DNA of 62,693 nt, filler included, from Nemertoderma westbladi (taxonomy: Eukaryota; Animalia; Xenacoelomorpha), in the NCBI GenBank assembly GCA_032718475.1. It is 3 parts of 3 records of this genome, joined end to end, with 100 filler letters (N's around TTAATTAATTAA, not from the genome) between each part and the next. Parts side by side here need not be neighbours in the genome. Positions count along the whole stretch, not along the records: positions 1 to 25,092 come from JAUCBJ010007038.1; 2 more parts are not named here. One strand, 5' to 3'. Both the position numbers and the translations under genes were made by a program. Below are positions 12,401 to 24,643 of the stretch, in pieces (the first letter of the stretch is position 1; each line of letters starts with the position of its first letter). Below the pieces are notes generated by a model. The model was given only the letters and a program-made list of their open reading frames with translations, did no database searches and was not told the origin of the DNA.

Positions 12401-14735
12401 GGTGTAACTCTTACCTGGAGGCGGCGACCCTATGGGGTCAGTGTAACTCTTACCTGGAGGCGGCGACCCTCTGGGGTCGGTGTAACTCTTACCTGAGGGG
12501 AGGCGGCGACCCTCTGGGGTCAGTGTAACTCTTACCTGGAGGCAGCGACCCTCTGGGTTTGGTGTAACTCTTACCTTGAGGCGGCAACCCTCTGGGGTCG
12601 GTGTAACTCTTACCTGGAGGCGGCGACCCTCTGGGGTCGGTGTAACTCTTACCTGGAGGCGGCGACCCTCTGGGTTCGGTGTAACTCTTACCTGGAGGCG
12701 GCTACCCTCTGGGGTCGGTGTAACTCTTACCTGGAGGCAGCGACCCTCTGGGTTCGGTGTAACTCTTACCTGGAGGCGGCGACCCTCTGGGGTCGGTGTA
12801 ACTCTTACCTGGAGGCGGCGACCCTCTGGGGTCGGTGTAACTCTTAACTGGAGGCGGCGACCCTCTGGGGTCGGTGTAACTCTTACCTGGAGGCGGCGAC
12901 CCTCTGGGGTCGGTGTAACTCTTACCTGGAGGCGGCGACCCTCTGGGGTCGGTGTAACTCTTACCTGGAGGCGGCGACCCTCTGGGGTCGGTGTAACTCT
13001 TACCTGGAGTCGGCGACCCTCTGGGGTCGGTGTAACTCTTACCTGGAGGCGGCGACCCTCTGGGGTCGGTGTAACTCTTACCTGGAGGCGGCGACCCTCT
13101 GGGTTCGGTGTAACTCTTACCTGGAGGCGGCGACCCCCTGGGGTCGGTGTAACTCTTACCTGGAGGCGGCGACCCTCTGGGGTCGGTGTAACTCTTACCT
13201 GGAGGGGAGGCGGCAACCCCCTGGGTTTGGTGTAACTCTTACCTGGAGGCAGCGACCCTCTGGGTTCGGTGTAACTCTTACCTGGAGGCAGCGACCCTCT
13301 GGGGTCGGTGTAACTCTTACCTGGAGGCGGCGACCCTCTGGGTTCGGTGTAACTCTTACCTGGAGGCGGCGACCCTCTGGGGTCGGTGTAACTCTTACCT
13401 GAGGGGAGGCGGCGACCCTCTGGGGTCAGTGTAACTCTTACCTGGAGGCGGCGACCCTCTGGGGTCGGTGTAACTCTTACCTGGAGGGGAGGCGGCAACC
13501 CCCTGGGTTTGGTGTAACTCTTACCTGGAGGCAGCGACCCTCTGGGTTCGGTGTAACTCTTACCTGGAGGCAGCGACCCTCTGGGGTCGGTGTAACTCTT
13601 ACCTGGAGGCGGCGACCCTCTGGGTTCGGTGTAACTCTTACCTGGAGGCGGCGACCCTCTGGGGGCGGTGTAACTCTTACCTGGAGGCGGCGACCCTCTG
13701 GGTTCGGTGTAACTCTTACCTGGAGGCGGCGACCCTCTGGGGTCAGTGTAACTCTTACCTGGAGGCGGCGACCCTCTGGGGTCGGTGTAACTCTTACCTG
13801 AGGGGAGGCGGCGACCCTCTGGGGTCAGTGTAACTCTTACCTGGAGGCAGCGACCCTCTGGGGTCGGTGTAACTCTTACCTGGAGGCGGCGACCCTCTGG
13901 GGTCGGTGTAAATCTTACCTGGAGGCGGCGACCCTCTGGGTTCGGTGTAACTCTTACCTGGAGGCGGCGACCCTCTGGGGTCGGTGTAACTCTTACCTGG
14001 AGGCGGCGACCCTCTGGGTTCGGTGTAACTCTTACCTGGAGGCGGCGACCCTCTGGGGTCAGTGTAACTCTTACCTGGAGGCGGCGACCCTCTGGGGTCG
14101 GTGTAACTCTTACCTGAGGGGAGGCGGCGACCCTCTGGGGTCAGTGTAACTCTTACCTGGAGGCAGCGACCCTCTGGGTTTGGTGTAACTCTTACCTTGA
14201 GGCGGCAACCCTCTGGGGTCGGTGTAACTCTTACCTGGAGGCGGCGACCCTCTGGGGTCGGTGTAACTCTTACCTGGAGGCGGCGACCCTCTGGGTTCGG
14301 TGTAACTCTTACCTGGAGGCGGCTACCCTCTGGGGTCGGTGTAACTCTTACCTGGAGGCAGCGACCCTCTGGGTTCGGTGTAACTCTTACCTGGAGGCGG
14401 CGACCCTCTGGGGTCGGTGTAACTCTTACCTGGAGGCGGCGACCCTCTGGGGTCGGTGTAACTCTTAACTGGAGGCGGCGACCCTCTGGGGTCGGTGTAA
14501 CTCTTACCTGGAGGCGGCGACCCTCTGGGGTCGGTGTAACTCTTACCTGGAGGCGGCGACCCTCTGGGGTCGGTGTAACTCTTACCTGGAGGCGGCGACC
14601 CTCTGGGGTCGGTGTAACTCTTACCTGGAGGCGGCGACCCTCTGGGGTCGGTGTAACTCTTACCTGGAGGCGGCGACCCTCTGGGTTCGGTGTAACTCTT
14701 ACCTGGAGGCGGCGACCCCCTGGGGTCGGTGTAAC
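372..14735. repeat. 39-bp tandem array (about 365 copies), unit CTCTTACCTGGAGGCGGCGACCCTCTGGG[G/T]TCGGTGTAA; minus strand reads TTACACCGACCCCAGAGGGTCGCCGCCTCCAG|GTAAGAG
   Basis: Directly visible. The centre is homogeneous apart from one G/T site and the edges are more diverged. The terminal unit at 14703-14735 is the 3' end of a MEKK2/3 exon. Confidence 0.99.
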
Positions 14736-14991
14736 AACGGGTCCGCAGTGACTCCGGGTGCTGATTGGATCCCCCGACACCACCGTACTCCGGGTTGCTA
14801 TGGGTACCCGATCCACGGAACATCTCCTTCAGGGGGCCGTTTAACACCTCCACCGAGTAGCGGTGATGACGTCGGTTGCCGGGTAACACGGTGTCGTAGT
14901 TGTTGTTCAATGGCTGTAGTGACGTCACAGGTACGGTAAGGTATAACCTCAAACTTCGCGCGTGTAAATTATTAGCTTGTAATATCATCGC
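14703..14991 (-). CDS. MAP3K2/3: MEKK2/3 exon: end of PB1 domain to SPPPG motif
   Basis: Acceptor tttccatAG|GCG. Reads AMILQANNLHARSLRLYL (cf. AVELLDRSIHMKSLKILL) ... YTDPRGSPPPG (cf. RDRSSPPPG). Ends at CAG|GTAAGAG, the first unit of the array. Confidence 0.85.
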
Positions 14992-15625
14992 CTATGGAAA
15001 ATATACAAAATAATTTACAGGGGGGGGGGGGTAAATTTCTTAATGTTATTGTTAAAATCTAAATTCCTCAAAAAAGATGAATCTTGGCACTAAATTGTCG
15101 GCCTATTTTTTTTACATTTTGCCCATGGCCATGTCAATTTTAACTTTTCGCAATTTGAGGCGCTTACTGAAGGCGTATTGAGCCAAATCGAAAAATGGTG
15201 ATATTCGGTACGGTTTTCATAAATAAATCTGTTTGCGATTCGGACTCTATAGCTATACGCGATTTATCGATGCGATATTGAACTCTATGGGTCTTAAGGT
15301 AGTGCATTATTGTGAACATTTTAGTTTTCGAAATTAAAAGTGTTAAATTTGTACATTTTGCTAATTTTTGGCTATTTATTTAATTAAATACTAATTTAGA
15401 GTAAAACAGGAATGAGATAATGTCTTCTTTAAAATACTTTCTCTCATTTTTTGAAAACTTTCAACTCACTTAACGATAAAAATATTACGTTATTAAACAT
15501 TAATGTTACTGTGAGCAAGTAAGTAGTGGTGGATGGCACGAGTTCCATTTTAGTCTCCTATCTCCGTAGGAGGACTACTATTGGATAAAGAGCACGTCGT
15601 TATTTTGGTTTGCAGATCATCTTAC

Positions 15626-15764
15626 CTGATCAACATGCCGTTGGCAGGTCAACGGGGTCACGAGATCCCCAGTGCAGTAATGGATATCCAACGGCTGGTT
15701 GTAAATCGCTTTAATCTTGGCGTTAAGTTCACTAAGTCGAAGTGGTTGGGGTAGCTGTATGACC
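15626..15764 (-). CDS. MAP3K2/3: MEKK2/3 PB1-domain exon
   Basis: Boundaries ctctAG|G...CAG|GTaaga; phase fits both neighbours. VIQLPQPLRLSELNAKIKAIYNQPLDIHYCTGDLVTPLTCQRHVDQ aligns with MEKK2 PB1 '[46 protein letters not shown]'. Confidence 0.9.
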
Positions 15765-16024
15765 CTAGAGTGGATATAGTATTACAAGAACCGGTACTGC
15801 TAATCTTGAGACGTTTTTTTAGAAAATAGATTTGATTTTTTGATGCCGATTAAACTCCACTGAGTTAATACCATTTTTGATATATTCGATATAATTAAAA
15901 CAGTGAATTGTACCATTATGTTTTTAAATTAGACCTTGATAGTGACCAGGACCAGACAGACAATCAGGGAAGGACCTATTCTGTCTGACTATCAAATAAT
16001 CTATTAGTGATGATGAATCGTCCC

Positions 16025-16300
16025 TCCTTGGTGTAGTGGTAGGGTTCCACCCTGGTGTAGTGGTCGCATTGAATTCACATCTCCCGTAGGTCGTGGGTTC
16101 GATCCTCACATGGGCCAGGGCAGTTTTCGTTTCGGCATGAATGCTTTAAAGGGACCAGCCAGGGCGCATCTCTGCCTTGCATCCTTAAATGGTAGCTAAA
16201 TGAGTACTAGAGTTTCCTCTGGGGAGTAAAGTTTTGGGGGGACCGCACTGGAAATAAGTCGTCAGACTTTGTGCGTAATAAAAATTTACTTTTACTTTTT
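16025..16300 (+). mobile_element. tRNA-derived SINE with Nin/Deu-like central domain
   Basis: A-box GGTGTAGTGG, B-box GGTTCGATCC, motif CCTTGCATCC..GGTAGCTAAATGAGTAC and a (TTTAC)n tail. Confidence 0.6.
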
Positions 16301-16835
16301 CATGATTTTATTAGGTAGATCAACTTTTCAGATTCAGTAGTAGTGATTAGTTCACGAGGTATTGATAATGCACAAAAGATATACAACGACTAAATATGTA
16401 GTTTTTGTATCGTATACTGCTTTGTTAATGATTACAGATACCGGTACTACTCTATCTGACTCGAACCAATCTACATATAAACCTTTACTCTCATTAATAT
16501 TAATAATAATAATAATGATTTATTATATTCCCTTAATAAACATTATCGTTTCGATGTCACATTCCCCGTTTTCATTTTCCTGAAAACGGGCTATTTCGGC
16601 CCATAAATGCGCATACAAAAAATAAAGTTTATTTTATTATGTTATTAATCTCTAGTCTCTACATGAATAATGTCATGGTTACGAATAAATAGATCCCATT
16701 AGATCAAAAAGTTACTGAAAAGAAATTGTGCAGCATTTAATCTTTGACAATTAATTGAGCGACTATCTAACTTTGAGTCTTAGATACTACCGGTTCCGGT
16801 ATATTATATATATGTATAAAAAGTATTACTGGTAC

Positions 16836-16998
16836 CTCCGTTCTCCGTTGAATTCAAACTTAACGCGAATTAGCCTCCCCGATATAGATTCAGACCCTCC
16901 TCCAGCCCCACCCACACCCAGTCCCTTCTTGTGACCAACGCCTTGACGATAAACCGCAACTAAGTCCGTTAGAATACTGTTTATTGCAGTATCTTTAT
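16836..16998 (-). CDS. MAP3K2/3: MEKK2/3 (MAP3K2/MAP3K3) N-terminal coding exon
   Basis: Boundaries gatttacAG|AT...GGAG|GTacc. Translates DKDTAINSILTDLVAVYRQ...RLIRVKFEFNGERR, matching recalled MEKK2 'DDQQALNSIMQDLAVLH...DVRVKFEHRGEKR'. Upstream ATG exon not located. Confidence 0.88.
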
Positions 16999-17224
16999 CT
17001 GTAAATCAAAATATTTAAGAACCGTAATGTCAACCGTCACATAATAGTATTGATCCCTATAGCAATTGGCAACTGACTCACTGACATTTATCCGCTAATG
17101 AAAATCAAACAAATTTCGATTAGATTCTAAAACGAATAGGTCAATATCAACCTTACCAGCTTACAGCCTACTAGATATAAATAAGTATCTGTATTATCAA
17201 CAATAATAACTAAATAACATCATC

Positions 17225-20038
17225 TAGGTCTAAAATGTTCTTATTATCAATGGTTGTCAAGTTTCCATCAACATTGAAGATCATGAATTCGGTCTTGGTA
17301 GCATTTATATGCAATCCAACCTGCTTAGCAGCCCTCTCCACTTTATTTAGTAGAAGCTGTGCATCTGCTAGCGTATTAGAGAGCAGGGCGATGTCATCCG
17401 CAAAGTCGGTGTCTGTGACTGTAGTTGCCAGATATCTACTACTTCTGCGTTCTTGAAGTGTGAATCCCAGGTCTTCACCCTTTGTGGCCGTCCTCATTGC
17501 GTAATCCAGTACAATTACAAATAGTAATGGTGCTAATGTGTCACCTTGCAGTACCCCAGCCAGGATTTAAAAAACTCAGTTTCACCATCTGGTGAGAGTA
17601 CCTGCGCTTATGTGTCACAATATAACAATCCAATGCCAGCGACAATTACTTCTGGTATTCCATAAGCTCTTAGGATTTCAAGCATTTTACCTCTATGGAT
17701 TGAGTCGAATGCAGTGCCGGATTAACCTTAAGGCATATAAGGCACGTGCCTTAGGGCCAGCTGAAAATACGGGCCATTTTTTCTCAGCGAGTCATTCTTG
17801 TGAAAAAAATATTTTTATCTGAAAAGTCCCCATTTTTTCTCACTAAAATTCATAGAAAACAGAGAAAGAAAGTGCATCTTTCGACTACATTTATCCCTAA
17901 ATTTCTGATAGAATGTGCACAATTCTAGCTCAGTCGACCGACAGGTGCTGTGTTATTAGTTCGAGACCTGATGGCAGGGAAATAATAAAACATGGGCAGG
18001 AAAACATTAAAGTGCTAATTATGAACAATGGAGAATTTAATTTTATTTATTTGTGGGGAATTATTTGTAGTTATGCACTGAAACGTTCTAGAACAACCTA
18101 ATAACGACGCGGTGACATACTGGAATACTGCACATAGTAAATGTATGAAATAAATGTGCGAAATTACTTTTTTTACCGGAAACGAGTTTTATAAATATAG
18201 GCCCTAATAGATAAAAATAAAAAGGATAAATTAATTGTAGATAAAATAGTTGTTGATAAAAAAAAAACGTGTCAGAAATAACTTCTTGTCACTACTGTAA
18301 TTTAATTTAACCGAAATTGAGATGTTCTGCCCTCGTGTATTGAATTTTGCATTCGATGGCCTTTCCTGCAAAACCTAAAAGCATAATTGGGCAGCATAAT
18401 TGAATTTGGTAAATTTAAATTAGTGACAAAAATTACTTATTTCCGAGACTGTTCTCTATCGGAGAACATTTCTTCCTCAGCAAGTCCAAATCTAGATATG
18501 AAATATTATACAGTATCTTTGCACTAAGCCCCACACTTTTGGTGTGTTATATTTCTCAGCAAGTCCTGTAAAGATAAGTACCGTGCAAAACCTACCCCAC
18601 AGCAAATAAATAACACATTTCCCATGATCCGATCAAAATTGCTAAATGCCTACAGGAGCCAGTCAGCCTTAAGGGGGCCAACTATAACCACACAAAAATG
18701 AAATTTTCGAAAATTTGCACAATTTTTTGTAGTTTGATAAAAGGGCTTTCATAAGGTGATATCGGTTTCAACATTGAATTATTTTTTGACCTCAAAACTG
18801 CTCTTTTCAACAACATAATATATTGTTAATATTTATGAATCTATCTGTATAAAACAACCTTTTTATCAGTTTGTCGATTTGGACTTTCTCATCACTAAAT
18901 TCCCTACTACTATTTTATTTTTTACTCAATTGCTATCAAACATATACCAAAATGTTCAGCAGCTTTAGGACTACTATCGTTGGTTTTGTAAAACATGGCA
19001 TTTGGATCTTCTAGAGCCGATTTTGTAACAATTTTTTTGCACCTAGCTAATTTTGAAAAAACCGAACTGCTCAAAAAGTGCTATATTTTTCGAACAAACG
19101 GTTTATGAAGCTATCTATACTCAGTTTTCATAGTATATAAAAGATCACAGATCATTGTGTTAAAATTTCAGAATAGTAGCTTTATAGATAAAACAAACAG
19201 CTTTGGGGTAATGGTCCCATTAATACTGTATATTAAAAATTAAAGCTTGAGAAATTCTACCAAAACTTTTATAGCAAAGGTTTTATAGGCATAATATGCC
19301 GTTTAGTAATGTTACAATTCTTGATAAAAACTATTTTTGCAAAGTAGGCCTACTTATTATTAAATTACTTACTACTTATTTGCACGCAGTATCCAACAAA
19401 AATACTTTATATTTCCTTCGCAACATTTTCACAATTTCAGTTGTTTTTAGCAGATTTTTCTTTTGGAAGGGTTTGCGGAAAAATATCAATTTTCGGGCCA
19501 TTTTTGGAATTTACTAAAATGTGCCTTAGGGCCACCACAGGCTTAATCCGGCACTGGTCGAATGCCTTCTTGAAGTCCACTATGCTTTTAATGCTTCTTT
19601 GGAGTTCGGCAGGTGTGAAGTCCCCTGTTTCTATAGGTAGTGTCTTGTCATATATTTTCCTTGTAGGGCTGACCTCGATGTTTGGCGGCTGCCCAAGCAA
19701 GTTACTGAAGTGATTTTTCCACTTCCCAACACGTTCTTCTGGACTATCGGCTTTGAGGCGCCCCTTTGCACAACTTTTCCGACCAGATACCTCATTTACA
19801 GTTTGCCAGGTAAGTCTTGATTGTTGCTCTGTATGTGAGCAGTTGTAATTGCTTCAGTTTTATCATGTATGTACTTTTCCTGGCTGATGTTGTAGGCCAA
19901 TTTAAGATCGTCCTTAGCTTTCTCAACCTTGTTAATGTTTTCGGTTGTTGGTTGTTCGGTTTTAACTTTGTAGGCTATCTTAAGATCTTCTCTCTTACAA
20001 GTAACCTCGGGAGTCTGGGGGATATGCCTCTTAGCTGA
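17225..20038 (-). mobile_element. Degenerate RTE-like LINE fragment split by a hAT-type insertion
   Basis: RT motif TDTDFADDIALLS at 17210-17497. The halves 17225-17711 and 19565-20038 closely match the copy at 52938-54056. Confidence 0.85.
17712..19556. mobile_element. Non-autonomous hAT-type DNA transposon
   Basis: TIR CAGTGCCGGATTAA / TTAATCCGGCACTG, with 8-bp TSD GTCGAATG at 17704-17711 and 19557-19564. Confidence 0.88.
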
Positions 20039-20667
20039 CAGTAGGGAACACATGCCCGAAATGGCAGCACAGGCGCACTGCCATTTTTGAAAATTGCACT
20101 GCCATATTAGGCAGTTTTACCCTAAATTTTGTATAAAATTTCAATTTTTATACACTTCCTGCAGGAAGGGCCCCATTTTTATTTCATTGGATGAAAATAT
20201 GATATATATTGGAGGTAAATTCAAAATTCGGTAGAGTTTCATGGTTGGGTTTTCGAGATATTGGACATTATAAATTGCTAGTCCGAAACATGCACTGCCT
20301 AAAATGGCAGTGTTATTGACTACGATTACGGATTACCTAAGTCCACATTGGAAGCTGTATGCAAACAACAGTGTGAAAACACAATTACTAGTAGCCATAC
20401 AGCTACATCAGCTCTGTCTCTCTGTAAATGTGTAAAACTTAATCACTACATCACTATCGGTATTCAGTCTGTAAGTTTTGATAGGAAATTACAATTTTTA
20501 TCTACAGTATCACTATATGTACTCTGCTGTACTCTGTACTGTAGAGAGGGACCCCGTAGATCCTATGCAGTTTTAGCTATTCGCTACTCAACTCAGCCTA
20601 TCTCTATATCGTTTTGAGAGCAATTTATTAATTTTATTAATTTATTTATTTATACATTTGTTCATTA

Positions 20668-22400
20668 ATGCTGATGGCATTATATAAGAAATCTTGTGGA
20701 TCATGTGGTAAGACCGAAGATGACGCAAATGCATCACTTATACGATTAACAGAAAAAGCTCATGGAAAATTTAATAAAAAGATAATTAGCCATTTAATAG
20801 AAAGTAAGGCTCTAAAATCGCGGGCGAGTTATATTTGTGAAGGATGTTACCAGGATGGGAAATTATCACTTTCAGCAGCCACATATTCTATGGACAGCTT
20901 TAGTAATAAGATCATTGACTCCTTAGTCCTTAGATAAAACTGTCACATCTTTAAAGGGATTGTACCGATATTTTCCTCCCCTAGATGAAATTATTAAAAT
21001 GGTTGACGAATTTGTAATCGAATTTTGTTGCAATTTATCAGGCATTTCGTTTTCGTGCTTTCCTGATATTTCAAACTGCAAAAAATTTAATATTATAAAA
21101 TCAGTGGAGCAGTTATGTTACCTACATAATAGCAATTTTATTGGACCATTGTGCTTCCAGCAAAATTTTAATGCATTTTTAGTAACACATTGTAAAGTGT
21201 CAACATTTGATTCAGAGTGCAGGGAGCCCAAATGGAAGTGTTTCCCTCATTAGAAATATAATAAATGAAAAAGCTATTGAAGTTCCATACAATAGTGAAA
21301 TATCAGGGGATATTCAAGTATCAGTAGATAACAACCATGTGTATGGAAAAACCTACCATATTATATTTAGAGGAGTTACAATATCTAAGACTACTACAGT
21401 TATGAGTATGTTACATAAATCAGTTGATCCTGTACAATATCATGCATTGTCAGAGATTCAAGTAAATGGTGATGAGGTACTAGGAATCTTCACCAGAAAT
21501 TTCGAAAGTTGTTGTGAAAAGATACGTTACAAATACATCAGCAGGGTATTTGATGATGTTGTCAGTGAATGTCAATCTGACGAGGACCAAGTTGACATAT
21601 TTATTAAATCGGATGGAGGAACAACTGATAAATTAGTTGGAAATTGGATCAGACAAGATTATGATCTTGTAGATGGATCAGCTGCTATTATTGATGGTGG
21701 GGATGTCCAACAACAAGTGCACGATCCATTCCCTGGTGACCCAGGATCAATCCAAGCTGTACATGATATGTTGCTAAAGCTTACTGATAATTTTATTGTC
21801 GATAAAAGAAAATGGTTTGTATTGGCAATGGATGGTCTTCCTTACCATTATACATTATCAATAATTAATGCGAACCCAGAAATAATTTCAGGCAAAATAT
21901 TACTGAAACCGGGCTTTGGACATGTTCACCATACGATGTTAAAAACATTAACAAAGATTTTATGGGTCCCTTTTGTAAAGGTTTTTGCAACATTGGTGGA
22001 AAAGTACACCACAGTGAAAGCTATTCAAACTTTCTATAAGGCAGGAGATCATCATAAAATTGATGAATCTTTTGAGGTAATACTTGATGGAAATATGAAG
22101 GAAGTTATGCGATTATTTATATTAGAATCCCTTTCTGTAGGAAATACATCTATAGCTGATCTTAACGTTGGCCGTTTCATCACATGGGCAAATCAGGGAA
22201 ATACGGCTAGCCCCTAGACAGTCGGGTAGAAGTTCAAGTTTCAACTGAGTTGAAATGTTGACTCGCTCACGTATGTTCAGCATACTTTCATTATATGGGA
22301 TTCCTGATGAAATTATTGCAGCAATCAGATCAGTATACGATGGTTCGACAACATTTGTGTCTACTGTTGACGGTGACACAGAACCATTTGAAGTGTTATG
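20668..22400 (+). pseudogene. Frameshifted transposase-like ORF (DUF6589/Dileera-like motif order)
   Basis: Three overlapping or adjacent ORFs. N-terminal CxxC...CxxC, then motifs VSVDN, LAMDGLPY and LKPGFGH in the 336-aa segment. Family assignment is inferred from motif order only. Confidence 0.45.
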
Positions 22401-22401
22401 G

Positions 22402-23575
22402 GGTGTTCGCGCTTTTGAAGACCTTTAGCAGTTTAACCTGCCAAAATTTATATGTCTTTTCGTTAATTAAAACCACTTTAGCATACGACAATAATTTATG
22501 CTAATACGCAAAACATTAGCCGAAGTCAGCCCATGCGCGATCATTCACCCGATGGATCTACACCCGGGAGACTGAATTCGGATGCTTGAATTGTATTATT
22601 ACAGTGTAAGGTTGCAGTGTATACCTAATGTATTATTCGATAGATCGTTAATAATTAATCTCTGACAGATATTATTGGCTTTCGGGAAATATTAACAGTT
22701 CCTTTAGGACGTGGCGCTTTATCTATTTAAACAGAACTAAGACTTATACTAAAACGCAACGATACTGCTGCTGATTAAAGTATAAAACGTATTCTTTAGG
22801 AAATACTTTGTTACCAATCACAATCATACACACTATTCTGCCGACAGTCAGTACATTTGATCACACATAAAGAGAGCAGTAATTGACTCACGTAGGGTCT
22901 GCTAAATAACATTGGATTCAATACACACCACATTAATATAAATCGCAATTGTTATTTATAGCCGGTCTCTCTAACCTGTAGTGTTATCAAGAAAATTGGG
23001 AATTGGGTGATTTATCCGTATTATCCAAATAGCGATATTTCCATCAACAAATATTTACAATTAATAACTGACGGTAAAATAACAGTACAAACAATATGAT
23101 TAATGCAATTAAATCAAGTGAGTATGTTAATTAAGATTGATCAATTAGTGATTCGATTCGGTAACAGTTTATACTTTCGATAATTCAAGCAGTTCACGGT
23201 ACAGCAGTATCTATCCAAAATGCCGGTGTTTCTGGCTTAGACAGCAATCACAACAAAGTAACAACTCTCTCTCTCTCTCTCTCACAGTAAGACAGAACAC
23301 TCTCCTTATGATCGGCAGGAAAGCTACACGTTGACAGGAAAAACCGCCCTGATTGGCCCAATCCAAACAAAGAACCACGCGGCCAATGGCCGTTTCCATG
23401 CCAGCACCCAGCTGCTAGATGTCGTAATATGAATCATCACGGCTAAGCTGTGAAAGGTGGTTTGTGCATTACAAGTTTTTGTCTTACCATGTCCGCTAAA
23501 ACACGTATATAGCAGAATGATTTTTATGTCCGTTAAAACACCTGTAAAGGTACCTTGCGGGCGAGGGGAATATAT
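22402..23575 (+). repeat. Dispersed repeat of about 1.2 kb (unclassified non-autonomous element), copy 1
   Basis: Reverse-complement similarity to 33545-34730, e.g. AGCCGAAGTCAGCCCATGCGCGATCATTCACCC and repeated ATGTCCGCTAAAACAC. Confidence 0.7.
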
Positions 23576-23749
23576 ATACAGTTAGAAAACCTTTTTTAGA
23601 GTATTCCAGCGCCGGGGGGGGAACTGGCCAGCAAAGGCAAACGTATCAGTTATCCCACAAAAGCTTTTACACCGCTCCCAGAAAATGGGATTTAAGTCTA
23701 TAAAATATACAAAATCACAGTTTCTAAAATACAAAAATACTCTAAACAG

Positions 23750-24643
23750 TTAGTCTTTCTTGCGCGGACGGCGTTTACGCAGTTTTTTGAAGCTAGCAAG
23801 AGTCCTTTTCTCTTTGGGGCGAGCCACTTTACTAGGAGGGCTATAACTCCGGGGTGAAGGGTGCAATATGATTGCATCAGAAAGTATGGGATTGCGATCG
23901 GTATATCCGCCGGTCGAAGTACCGGGTTGATGGACATCAACGTCCGGGGAGAGGGGTCTAACGGCTCCGAGAGCTCGTTTCAAGACAGCCGCTCTTACGG
24001 GTCCTTTACGAGTGGTCTGAACGAGGGCCGTGGGTGGACCATAGGCCGTTAGAAACTTCCTTGGTTTAATGGTTCTTTCTAACTCGCGTTCGCGGGCTCG
24101 ATACTCGTAAGGCCGTCGATATACTTCTTGTAACTCAGGGTGTGAGTTGACAAATAAGTCTCCATAGGCAGGGTCTTGACGGATAAAGTGTATTAAGTTG
24201 TAAGACTGGATGTCACTCGGATTAATGCTCCTGAGGAATTTGCGTACATATTTGGTTGAAATACATTCTCCAACGCGTTTCAATAGTTCATAACTTGATA
24301 GGCGCGATTTCTGCTCGACGGAGGCAAACAAATATGGATGGAACGCATAAACTCCTTCATAGGCGCGTCCGGGATAATAGCGATGGCGTGAGTCACAATG
24401 TAAATCAGCGTTCGCTTCCCAAGCTCTTATATAACGTAGTACAATCATTTCATCTACGCTCTCTAAATCATGGTTAAAGGGACAATCAAAGCTGGCGTGT
24501 CCTTTTAGTTGACAATGATGGCATTGAGTCATAAATTGGGGGCAGACGGCAAAAATGTGCAAATTATTAAGCCGACAATATGCACAATAGATTTCCATCG
24601 ACGGTTGTTCGTGGAAATAGGAACAGCGGACGTTTGTGTCCAT
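23750..24643 (-). CDS. Intronless 297-aa ORF with two CCHC zinc knuckles and a basic C-terminus; probably of mobile-element or viral origin
   Basis: CAYCRLNNLHIFAVC and CHHCQLKGHASFDC; NLS-like KKLRKRRPRKKD. An 86-aa ORF lies upstream at 24800-25060, next to an assembly gap. Confidence 0.55.
   Translation of the reverse strand: MDTNVRCSYFHEQPSMEIYCAYCRLNNLHIFAVCPQFMTQCHHCQLKGHASFDCPFNHDLESVDEMIVLRYIRAWEANADLHCDSRHRYYPGRAYEGVYAFHPYLFASVEQKSRLSSYELLKRVGECISTKYVRKFLRSINPSDIQSYNLIHFIRQDPAYGDLFVNSHPELQEVYRRPYEYRARERELERTIKPRKFLTAYGPPTALVQTTRKGPVRAAVLKRALGAVRPLSPDVDVHQPGTSTGGYTDRNPILSDAIILHPSPRSYSPPSKVARPKEKRTLASFKKLRKRRPRKKD

Noticed and set aside
372-14735. CRISPR array
   Set aside because: The units are contiguous with no unique spacers, there are no cas genes, and the context is a spliced eukaryotic gene.
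455-14751. Long repetitive ORFs on both strands as standalone genes
   Set aside because: They are a by-product of a 39-bp (3n) unit. Frames switch at indels, and only the terminal units belong to exons.
18673-19219. TTAA-flanked Kolobok- or piggyBac-like element
   Set aside because: The terminal inverted match is too short and weak to support.
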